Notes: generated from the sequence alone by a model not told the origin. A stretch of 64,000 bases of DNA from Actinomycetota bacterium (GCA_026393455.1 JAPLAE010000097.1:9458-73457); one strand, 5' to 3'; shown: positions 47,801 through 57,766, counted from the stretch's first letter. Numbers and translations are program-made.

Positions 47801-50800
47801 TCTCAACGCGGTAGCCAACAACACCAGCACTTTGGCTACTGACTGCAGTCGCAAGACCGTTGTCGACGGGAGCGCCCCACGACAGCACGACCTTTGCCGA
47901 TGTGCCTGGAGCTGGATTCAGCGCTGGGTATGGTGCGAAAATAGCAGGATCGCTAACCACCGCGGTAAGCAGTGTCGGAGGCGTCGCGATTGTCCACGGC
48001 GTGACTGCGACCGTCGATGACACCGAGCCACCATTCGTGCCATTGACGAAGGCTCCGACATTCGGCGTAAGCGGCGCACGGGTCGCAGTGACACTAAAGA
48101 CGTAGGTATTGCCGTTCACGAGTCCGTTGACGACGTACGTCATGGCGCTAGGCGCAGTGAGCGACGTGATCGCCGTCGGTGCAGCAGAGTTGGTGCTGTA
48201 GGTTCCGCACGACAGGCCAGAGCCAACAATGCAGTAACCCGAAACAAGGTACCCAAGGATCGGCAAGCCACCAGTTGAAATCGGTGCCGACCAGTTCAAC
48301 GTGACCTGGCCGTTCCCTCGAGCCGCGGTAAGCCCAACCGGACCTGTCACCTGCCCAAAGGGAACACTGCTTACGACAGCTGACGCACCTACGCCGACGA
48401 ATGAATAGGCCGAAACACGGAACTGGTAGGTCAAGCCATTCGAAAGCCCCACCGCGTTCCACGCAAGATCGTTTGTCTCGCCGAGGCGAAGCCATGTGGC
48501 TCCCCCGTCGCTGGATCGCTCGACTGAGTAGCCGGCGATATTGACCCAACCGATATTGGTCGGAGCAGCCCACAAAAGATCAATTTCACCGTCAGTCGAA
48601 ACCGTGCGTAGGTTCAAAGGCGCCGAGGGGACTGATTGCGGACGGGATTGAACACTCTGTGTCGTACCCATACCAGCGACAGTGACTGGAGTTACGTAGA
48701 AGGTGTACAACGAGCCATTCGTAAGTCCGGTCACCGTGTAATTCGTAGTAGCCGATCCCGTGTTGTCGGTAAGGATCACTCCGCCGAGTTGGATCTTGTA
48801 ACCGATGACCGGCGAGCCACCTGTATCGACAGGAGCGGTCCAATCAAGGCGCATCTGACCGTCACCAGGAGTGGTCCGAAGCAGTGAAACCGAGCCTCCC
48901 GTTGCCGAGTTCGGAGTCACCGAAACTGTGCCGCTCCATGCACCAAGCCCCATTCGCGTGATGAGCGCGACGCGGTAAAGATAGGTCTGCCCATTTACAA
49001 GCCCTTGGACCTGCAGAGCAGTCGTATTTAATTCGCTGGCGATGCATACCCACGTGACGCCGTTATCACTTGATTGTTCAACTCGATAAAAGGTTGATGC
49101 ATAACCGCCGTTCGAAACCGGCGCAGTCCAGTTCAGATACGCCCAACGGGAGGCATTCGAGTAGACCGAAACGCTTATGGGTGTGCTGGCAATCGTCGAC
49201 GGAAGCGCGAGAACGATCGCATCAGCGCCCGGACCCGAGTCAGTCACCGCTCGGACTCGGAAACTGTAGGTCGTTCCGTTCATAAGCCCGTTCATGACAT
49301 ATCGGGTTTCAGTGGTCCCGGCATTGGGCGTCAGAACATCCCATGCACCGCTATTTCCGACGCGACGATCAATGGCATATCCGAGAATCGTTGCTCCACC
49401 AAGAGAGGTTGGAGCAGTCCACGTAAGAGTGACGCTCGCGTCACCCGTGCTCGATGCAAGTTGACCCACAGCGCTCGCTGCCGCAAACGGTGAAGCAACG
49501 ACGACCGTCGGCGCTCCATCTCCCGCTGTCGTTAGAGGAGTAATGCGGAATCGGTATTGCGCACCGTTCACCAGTCCACGAAGCGTTACGCCCAATGTGG
49601 AAGGTGTCGCCGTAATCGCCAACGGAGTGATGACCTGCCAGTTAACGCCATCAAGGCTCTGTTCAATCCGATAGCCAACGAATGTTCCGGTGTTCGGATT
49701 CTGAACGGTTTGATTCGCCGCTGCCACAAGCGTCACCGAACCATTGCCGGGAGTCGCCGAAACCTGAGGGGCGGCAAGTCGAGCAAACGGAATCGCCGCG
49801 CCGATCGCCCCAAGAATGCTCGTGCCGACCGACGTAACCGTCGAGACTTTGAACCAGTAACTCGTACCATTCGTGAGACCTGTGACGGCGTAGGTGTTCG
49901 CAGCGGGGTCGGCCAATTGCGTCACTACTGTCCACGTCGAACCGTTATTAATGGACGTCTCAATCTTGTATCCGAGGAGCGTGCCGCCGGCGAGGGCCGC
50001 CGGAGCGTTCCACGTCAATGTCGCCGATCCGTCAGTTGCAACAGCATTGACGGCTGCAGGAGCAGCCGGTAGCCCGACCGACATTGCTGCGACCGTTGCA
50101 CCGAGGCTCAGTCCGTTGTAGTTCGTGACTGCCGAAATCCGCCAGGTGTAGCTCGTACCGTTCACCAAGCCAGTTGCAACATACGAAGTAGTTGTGACTC
50201 CTGAGTTCGCAGTGAGGACTACAAACGATGCATTTGATCCACCGCAAGCTCCGGTGCACTGTTCAATTTGATAGCCGAGGATCGCTATACCCGAAGTCAT
50301 TGTCGGTGCAGTCCACGAGACAGTCGCTGTTCCATCGCCGGCCACTGCCGACAAGGCCGTTGGCGCGGCGAACGGCGTTCCGGCAATCACCTTGATCGTG
50401 GAGGCCACAACTGTTCCGCTCAAGACGACAGGGGTAACGCGAACGAACTCTGACCAACCGGTGGTGAAACCAGTGATATCAGCGGTCAACGTAGTTTGTG
50501 ACGCCGAGATGACCGTCCATGTGGTGCCGTTCGACGAACGTTCCACCTTGTAACCCGCCACAGTCGACGCACCAACGACCGCCGGTGCTGTCCACGTAAC
50601 AGTTGCGCCAGTAGGTGTGCTCGTTGAAGAGAGGTTCTGGACCGCGCTCACAGCAGTGAGCGGCGGACCGGTGACAGAAACCACTGTTCCTGACCCAGTA
50701 CCAAAAGAATTACGAGCTGATACACGGAACAACGTGGCGACACCGACAGGCACACCATCAACCGTCGCAGTCGTCGCTGCGCCCCAGTTGCCGATGTACG

Positions 50801-53800
50801 TCCAGTTCACGCCACCGTCGGTTGACCGCTCGATGATCGAAACGTTGGCCGTACCGCCGACATCGGCGGGAAGTGTCCATGAGAGTGTGAGTGTTGCTCC
50901 GGCAAAGGTTCCCGTGAGACCGAGAGGAGCGCTCGGAACATTGCCTGGTAAAGCACTTACAACTGCGGTTGCGCCGGCGCCGGCGGCTGAAACGGCGGAA
51001 ACTCGGAAGTACATCGCCGTGCCATTCGTAAGACCAGTGGCAACATACGGCGAAGTTGCCGCAGTCGACAGAACCGACCATGTCGAGTTGTTCGGAGACG
51101 ACTCAATTCGATAGGCGGTGACGGGGAGCCCCCCCGTCGTTGCCGGAGGGGCCCAAGAGACCGTGACCTGAGAGTCACCGCCTGCTGCTTGGAGCGCTAG
51201 AGGCGCTCCAGCAGTTCCGGGTGGCGCACCACTCGTCTGCACAGGGACCGTCGTGGTCACGATTGAACCGGGGCCCACCCCGGCAATGTTCGTCGCTCGG
51301 ACTCGGAACGATGCCAGAGTCCCTGCAGTAACACCGTTTGGTGCCCAATTGAATGCCACCGCAGTTTGCGTTGAGGAAAGCATCGACCAGGTCGAACCAC
51401 CATTAAGCGAAAGTTCCACCGAATAGGTGCGAGCGATATCGCTACCAAGCACCTGCGGTGCCGCCCAACTCAACGTTACGTAGGTTGCTTGTGACGCCCC
51501 AGTGCCAACGACAAGTGTTGAAGCAGTGAGCGCATCAACGATGCCAGGGACTCGAACGGGTACAGCGGCCACTGTCGCACCGTTTGGATCGAGACCAGCT
51601 GCAGTGCGGGCTCGTAAACGGAAGTTGTAACTCGAACCGTTCGTCAACCCATTAATCGTGAACGACGTCGCCAATGGATCGATACTGCTATCGGCCAATA
51701 TTACCGGGGTCGCGCACCAAGGCGTGCAGTACTCAAGTTGATAGCCAGTGATCGCCGATCCGCCGTTTGACAATGGGGCACGCCAGGTAAGCGTGACGGA
51801 TCCGTCTGATGGAGAACTTGCCAGACCTTGCACAGCACTCGGCGTCGTGATCGGGGTACCCGAGATAAATGCTGGCGCCCCCGCACCCGCTTGTGTAAGC
51901 GCGGTAACGCGGAACTGGTAGTTCACCCCGTTAGTAAGCCCATAGGCGGTGTACGCCACCGTGCTTGCAGGAGTGAGCGGATCAGCAAGAGCCGTCCACG
52001 TCACACCATTGTCTGCAGACTGTTCAATGCGGTAGCCGATGATCGACCACGGACCACCCAGAGCGGTATTGCCGTTTACTTGTGGGGCAACCCAACTCAG
52101 AGCAATGGTCGAGTCGCTAGGAGTCGAAACGAGGTTGTAGGCGGCCGCCGGAGCCACATAGGGCGTGCCCAGCGTCTGCGCAGTCCATTCACCAACTCCG
52201 GCACTCGTGATTGCTGCGACGCGGAACCAAAGCGTGGTGCCATTGGTCAAGCCGGGAACGGTCACAGTGGTTGCAGTCGATCCTGAATTACCGAGAATCA
52301 CATACCAACCTGTCCCGTTATAACTCTGCACCTGGTAGCCAAGAATCGGCAGACCGCCGGTGCTTGGAGGAGCCGTCCAATTCAGAATAATTCGACCATC
52401 GCCTGCAGTTGTCGAAAGATTCTGCGGAGCCAACGGCAATGCATTCGGCTGGCCAGCGACGTACGAGTACTCGCCAACTCCGCGTGCAGTAACAGCAGCA
52501 ACACGGAATCGATACGTCACGCCATTCGTAAGGCCGCGAGCAATGAAACTTCCCGAATACTCAGTGGACTCAAGAACAGTCCAGTTCACGCCGTCGGCAC
52601 TCTGTTCAACCCGATAGCCGTACACCGTGTAGCCACCGTTGTAATTCGGTGCCGCCCAGTTGAGCGTTACCTGACGATCGGCCGCAGCGCTGGTGAACGT
52701 TGTTGGTGCAGTTGCTGTCCATGACACAAACGTGGCGGTCATGGCTCCGTTTGAACTTGCTACACCTGCGTCGGTGATCGCGCTGAGGCGGAAGTAGACC
52801 GTTGTGCCGTTAAGTAGGTTGGTCCAGTCGAAACTGGTGACGTTTGCTCCAAGCGTTGTCGCGTTAGACCACCCCGAAACGAAACTCGTGACGTTGTATT
52901 CAAGTTTGTACCCGAGAAGCGTGAGTCCACCGAGATCAGTTGGTGCACTCCACGTCAGGCGTGCTGTTCCCGACGCTGGCGACGTACCGGCGAAGTCGCG
53001 CGGCGTTCCCGCCAAACCAGATGGCATCGACTCGACAACTGCAGGTGAACCCAAACCGGATGACGTCAATGCGCGTATACGGAAGAGGTATTGCGATCCA
53101 TTGGTCAACCCGCGAACGGTGTACGTCAGACCACTAAGGAATCCGGGCGAAAGCATCGTCCAGTTCGCGCCATGATCATTCGATTGTTCAATCTGGTAAC
53201 CCTGCACGCGCATGCTGCCGAGTTGATTTGGCGCGCTCCACGCAAGGACGACCTGTTGATCAGAAGCGGTAGCGCTCAGGCCATCGGGCATCGACACAAC
53301 GAACGAACTGCCAACAGTGACCGTCGCCGATGCTCCGAGACCAGCCGCGGTGATCGCAGTCAGTCGGAATGTGTAGGCATAGGCATACGACGGAAGCTGC
53401 GCCGAAAATGCCGTGGCACTTCCCGGGATCGACGCGTTCACCACCGTCGTCGGCGTGCACACCAAACTGCTCTGACAACTCTCAAGTTTGTATCCAGTGA
53501 TTGGAAAGCCGCCGGTGTTGGTCGGCGCAGCCCACGTGAAACTGAACGTTTGATCTGAAGTCGTTACAGCGAAATCTCGCGGTGCAGTTGCAACCGTCGA
53601 TGCATTCGTTGAAGCAGTCGCCCACGAACCAACACCCATTGAAGTCACTGCGGCAATGCGGAAGACCATTGTCTGACCATCAGTGAGACCAGTCACCGTG
53701 AATGACGTTCCGATGCTGCCCGTGTTCGGCGTGAGCACCGTCCATGTTCCGCCACCGTTCACTGATTGCTCAACGCGATAACCAGCGACGGTGAGACCAC

Positions 53801-55494
53801 CGTTTAATGCCGGTGCCGTCCACGACAACTGCACCTGACCCGAAGCCGGATTACTCACAGCAAGAGCGACGGGAGGACCAGCCAACCCATACGGAGTTGC
53901 CGCAACTGCAGCACTCGTTGTTCCCGCACCTGCAGAGGTAATCGCCGTCACTCGGAACCAGTACGCGGTTCCGTTCGTCAGTTGTGTGGCCGTTGTAAGT
54001 CCAGTGACGAGGAACGCGGTCGATGCCGACCACGTGTTCGCAACCACCGTCGACCACGTGGGCGACGCGGCTGAACCATTGATTGAGGCTTCGACCTTGT
54101 AGCCGATAACCGCAGAGCCGCCGTTCGATGCAGGGGCTGCCCAATCAAGCCGAACCTGCTGATCGCCCGCAGTTGCGGAAGGAACCACTGCAGCGCCGGG
54201 AGCGTTGCCGGCCGCCTGCCAGTGAGTCTGAATACGCGCAGAACTCAGCGAACTTGCGTACACCGCAACCTGTGCGATCTTTCCTACGAAGTAGGCGTTG
54301 CCAGCGGTGCCTGTTGCATTATTGGCCTGCGCACCGATCATCTCGGGTAAGTCGAACGACGCCGGGTTGATTGCAAGCGAAACTGGCGAGCTCGCAACCG
54401 GAGCACCATTAACGAACAACACAACCTGCGAACCGTCATAGGACATTGCGACGTGAGTCCAACGGCCGGTGGGGATGATTCCACTGGCACTGTCCACCAG
54501 GACCCCACCCGGGAGGTAGGCACGGAGACCACCCCCAACTTGGGTGTAGAGGGCAAAGGCGTCTCTGACCCCTCGAGTAAATCATGTTGATGGCAGCAGT
54601 CGACGACGGGTTTACCCACGCCTCGAACGTGCTCGGGCCCGAAACGAACATCGGCGAGCGAGGCAGGAGGATCTGACTGCTCGTGCCGTTGAAGGTGGCG
54701 GCCGATCCGCCCAAGGGGGATGAGTTGGCAGCCCCGAAGGTCACCGCCGTGGGTGAGCCGTTGAGACCATTGCCCGAGGAGTCCACAGCGGAGGCCGCGC
54801 CGGCAGCTTCATCAAGCTTCCAGTAGCCCACGGGAGAGTCCGCTGCGACCGCGGCCGGGTAACCGCCAGCCGGAATCGGGACAGTCCCCTGGCCTGGGGT
54901 GAGCGGTGAACTCGCGTTGGTGCTCGGGGTGACCGTGGTCGACGAAGCGGGGCCGGTGCCGACCACGTTCGTAGCGGACACGCGCACGTAATACGCGGTG
55001 CCGTTTGTGAGTCCGGCGAGGGTGGTGGTCAACGCTGAAGTTGCGAGGACGGTTGCTGCGGTGCTCCACGCCGCGCCGTCGGTGCTCTTCTCAACGTTGT
55101 ACTGCGTGACGGCACTGCCGCCGTCGCTCTGTGGTGTGCTCCACGTGAGCGTGATCGTTGTCGAGCCGGGGGTGGCGGCAAGAGACAACGGTGCAGACGG
55201 CGAGGTTGTCGCCGCTGACGTTCCATAGGTAACTGACGGCGCGAACGAACCACCAGCCGACGATGTGCCGTAGCTCACCGTTGGTGTGATCGACGTATTC
55301 GCCGTTGCATTCGCGTCAGGGGTGGTTGACGCGTCCGCGGTTTGGGAACTCGGCGTTTCCGTCGAGTCCGATTGACTCGCCGTGGAGGCTGAAGCTGTTA
55401 ACGGGCGCAACGTTGCAGGGACCACCCCGGCCAGCAACGCGAACGCCAGCACAACCACAAGCCCACGACGTGTGGGTTTAGGTATCTGGAGCAC
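26889..55494 (-). CDS. Giant cell-wall-anchored fibronectin type III repeat protein with two LamG-like domains (~9,535 aa; one frameshift near 54565 joins ORFs 54436-55494 and 26889-54497)
   Basis: N-terminal signal peptide; 90 FN3 units (xLxWxAP...GY.VE...GLTNGTxYxFRVxA); two LamG/ConA-like domains; C-terminal LPYTG, TM helix and RRR tail. Confidence 0.92.
27024..27038 (-). other. LPXTG sortase motif (LPYTG)
   Basis: LPYTG-SNDVVAFVALGLILLLLGAGAGILA-RRR. Confidence 0.85.
27110..40200 (-). repeat. Proximal array of 45 FN3 repeats (~97 aa each)
   Basis: Hand count of the strand-B Trp motif in the translation. Confidence 0.85.
40218..40919 (-). other. Internal LamG-like (ConA-like lectin/glucanase) domain
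   Basis: ADSPLLWWRL...DASGN...FSMELWAKP...WTHVVATYDG...IYVNG...GSMSEVALYSGALS. Confidence 0.85.
40980..54200 (-). repeat. Distal array of 44 more divergent FN3 repeats
   Basis: Hand count (one unit lacks the Trp); frequent loop insertions and Cys pairs. Confidence 0.85.
54215..54862 (-). other. N-terminal LamG-like domain, split by the frameshift
   Basis: ADSPVGYWKLDE...DSSGNG...TFEAWVNP | FALY...WTHVAMSYDG...LFVNG...GKIAQVAVY. Confidence 0.85.
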
Positions 55495-55500
55495 CCGGTA

Positions 55501-55506
55501 AATCTA
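55501..55506 (-). promoter_or_regulatory. -10 element (TAGATT) of probable leaderless promoter of the giant gene
   Basis: TAGATT-TACCGG-GTG, 6-nt spacing. Confidence 0.55.
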
Positions 55507-55611
55507 AGGAATCGTCCGCATATTTGTTATTCGGGTACGCGTGTTTTGTGTTCTTAGCGACTTCAAGTCGTTTCAGAAAGACGCTCCATGAGGAACGCAG
55601 TTTCTCGAAAA

Positions 55612-55659
55612 CCCTCAACCTTCAATCGTCAACCCTCAATGAGTTCCTGAGGGTTGACG
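55612..55659. repeat. Four tandem 7-mers (nCnTCAA) overlapping a 12-bp inverted repeat
   Basis: CCCTCAA CCTTCAA TCGTCAA CCCTCAA (55612-55639); CGTCAACCCTCA-N9-TGAGGGTTGACG (55627-55659). Confidence 0.8.
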
Positions 55660-55671
55660 CGAACGACCTGC

Positions 55672-55956
55672 TCAGAGGCCAGCGCGTTCGAGCTGTTTAC
55701 GAAGCAGCGCTTCTGCCTGCTTGCGGGTCTGCTTTGTGGCTTCGGCGTTGGTGCGCATCTCGCCCACAAAAGAAATTCCGCGATCAACCGCCACACGGAC
55801 CCCAGAATCGGCCAATTCCGCAGCGCGAACCGCAGCATCGGTCACGTTCTCGGGCAAATGACGCCGAGCCAGGTCACGAGCCCGCAGGTATCCGACCACC
55901 GTTCCGGTGACACCAACTGCCGTTCCGACAGTGAACCAAGTGACGCGTTTGAACAT
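55672..55956 (-). CDS. Small conserved actinobacterial membrane protein (DUF6167-like)
   Basis: MFKRVTWFTVGTAVGV N-terminus; coupled to the upstream DUF948 gene; family name recalled, not searched. Confidence 0.7.
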   Translation of the reverse strand: MFKRVTWFTVGTAVGVTGTVVGYLRARDLARRHLPENVTDAAVRAAELADSGVRVAVDRGISFVGEMRTNAEATKQTRKQAEALLRKQLERAGL

Positions 55957-56414
55957 CAGCTGGCCCGTCGGTCGCGTCGTGATGTGACGTTGCGCGCGTT
56001 GCGCGAGCGGCGCGATGTGCCCCGTGTTCCGTCGTTGAGCGCCAACGGCTCGACGGCATTGAGTTGCGCATTGTTACGTGCAAGACGGCGAGCGTTGCGA
56101 TCAGTAGCCACGGAAACCGACGCCAACTTCACGAGCGGGTTGCGCATCACTAACCACGCAAGACGTGACGTTGCTTCAACTCGAGCTCCCACAGTTTCGG
56201 CGGTGTCAAGCAATGAGTCGACGCGTTCGATCTCGCCATTGGCAAGAGCGACTGTGGCGCGAAGTTCTGCGACTGCCGACAACGTTTCAGCGCGCAGATC
56301 TTCCACGGTTACCCGAAGCGAACGAAGGGTGGTGATGAGCGACTGCACCGCCATGGCGACGACCACAAGACCGACGATTGCAACCACAATCAGCACGACA
56401 GAAACGGTGCTCAT
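55956..56414 (-). CDS. DUF948-like membrane-anchored coiled-coil protein
   Basis: N-terminal TM, heptad-like region, NPLVKLAS motif; usual position upstream of alaS. Confidence 0.7.
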   Translation of the reverse strand: MSTVSVVLIVVAIVGLVVVAMAVQSLITTLRSLRVTVEDLRAETLSAVAELRATVALANGEIERVDSLLDTAETVGARVEATSRLAWLVMRNPLVKLASVSVATDRNARRLARNNAQLNAVEPLALNDGTRGTSRRSRNARNVTSRRDRRAS

Positions 56415-56416
56415 GA

Positions 56417-57760
56417 CTAAGGCTCTCGATGGTGCTGGTTGTGTTCGTCCATGCGATCTCGGACCTCGGCTTCGGCACCATGGGGGGATGGCTCGTAATA
56501 GACCCGACCCTCGAGTTCAGCCGGCCGGTACTGCTGGTCGACCCAGCCATCGGGCTGCTCATGAGGGTACTCGTAGCCCTGTCCGTGACCGAGGCTTTTG
56601 GCCCCCTTGTAGTGCCCATCACGCAGATGGATCGGCACCTCTCCCCCGGCCTGGTCACGCACATCGGACTGGGCCCGACCAAGAGCCACCGTGACTCGAT
56701 TCGACTTGGGGGCCGTGGCCAGATGCACCACGGCATGGGCAAGATTGAGCTGAGCCTCGGGCAGACCGACGAACTCAACAGCCCGAGCAGCTGCATCGGC
56801 CACCACGAGCGAGTTGGAATCGGCCATTCCGATGTCTTCGCTGGCCAGGATCACCAGACGACGAGCGATGAAGCGAGCGTCTTCCCCCGCTTCGAGCATT
56901 CGGGCCAGCCAATAAAGCCCAGCGTCGGGGTCGGAGCCCCGGATGGACTTGATGAACGCTGAGATGACGTCGTAGTGATCGTCTCGCCCGTACCGCAGCG
57001 CTTTCGTGCCGAGCGCCGCTTCCACGTCGGCCGCGGTGACCCGGAGCAACTCGTCGACGATTGCACCGGAACTGTCGCGGGCAGCATCGGGGTGCTCGTG
57101 GGCAAGCGCAACCGCAACTTCGAGACTGGTGAGTACATGTCGGCCATCGCCATTGGAACGGTCGACCAGTAACTGACGGGCATCGTCGTCGATAGTGGCG
57201 CCCTCTGCCGCCAACCCTCGATCGACGAGTTGCCCACACGCTTCAGCCGAAAGGAGGTCGAGACGAAACAACGTCGAACGACTCAGCAACGGCGGGTTCA
57301 CTTCGAAGAACGGGTTCTCGGTGGTTGCGCCGATAAGAACGAGCAGACCGCTTTCGACCGATGGCAGTAACGCGTCTTGCTGCGACTTATTGAAGCGATG
57401 CACTTCGTCGAGAAACAAGATGGTGCCCTGGCCGCGCATGGCAAGTCGCTCTTGCGCTCCAGCGGCGATTTCACGCACGTCTTTCACCGATGCGCTCACT
57501 GCTGAAAGTTGCTCAAACGCTTTCGCTGTCGTGCGGGCGATGAGCTGCGAGATCGTCGTCTTGCCCGTGCCTGGCGGACCCCAAAGGATGACCGACGACA
57601 ACCGGTCGGCTTCGATGAGCGCCCGCAGCGGTTTCCCGGGGCCGAGCAAATGTTCTTGACCAACAACCTCGTCGAGATTTTTGGGACGGAGCCGAGCCGC
57701 AAGCGGGGCCTGACGTGCGAGCCGATCTTCAGCGGCTGCAGCGAACAGGTCCTCGGTCAT
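56417..57760 (-). CDS. rarA: Replication-associated recombination protein A (MgsA/RarA)
   Basis: PLAARLRP, WGPPGTGKTT, FLDEVHRFNKSQQD, GATTENP, SAFIKSIRGSDPDA, ASEDIG. Confidence 0.96.
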   Translation of the reverse strand: MTEDLFAAAAEDRLARQAPLAARLRPKNLDEVVGQEHLLGPGKPLRALIEADRLSSVILWGPPGTGKTTISQLIARTTAKAFEQLSAVSASVKDVREIAAGAQERLAMRGQGTILFLDEVHRFNKSQQDALLPSVESGLLVLIGATTENPFFEVNPPLLSRSTLFRLDLLSAEACGQLVDRGLAAEGATIDDDARQLLVDRSNGDGRHVLTSLEVAVALAHEHPDAARDSSGAIVDELLRVTAADVEAALGTKALRYGRDDHYDVISAFIKSIRGSDPDAGLYWLARMLEAGEDARFIARRLVILASEDIGMADSNSLVVADAAARAVEFVGLPEAQLNLAHAVVHLATAPKSNRVTVALGRAQSDVRDQAGGEVPIHLRDGHYKGAKSLGHGQGYEYPHEQPDGWVDQQYRPAELEGRVYYEPSPHGAEAEVRDRMDEHNQHHREP

Positions 57761-57766
57761 GGGCCG

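Noticed and set aside
26889-54497. CRISPR array or DGR template/variable repeat pair in the ~290-nt periodic DNA
   Set aside because: Periodicity is at the protein level with synonymous divergence; no identical repeat-spacer units, adenine-specific repeat pair, cas gene or reverse transcriptase was seen
26889-54497. Sialidase/BNR beta-propeller suggested by SxDGGxTW motifs
   Set aside because: Asp-boxes occur once per ~97-aa FN3 unit, embedded between FN3 strands, not at propeller-blade spacing
54495-54540. G-rich tract just downstream of the frameshift as a G-quadruplex recoding stimulator
   Set aside because: Explained by Gly codons (VGGG, PGGV); no independent support
54436-55494. 352-aa ORF as an independent gene
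   Set aside because: It ends mid-LamG with an out-of-frame tail; the domain continues in the +1 frame into the giant ORF
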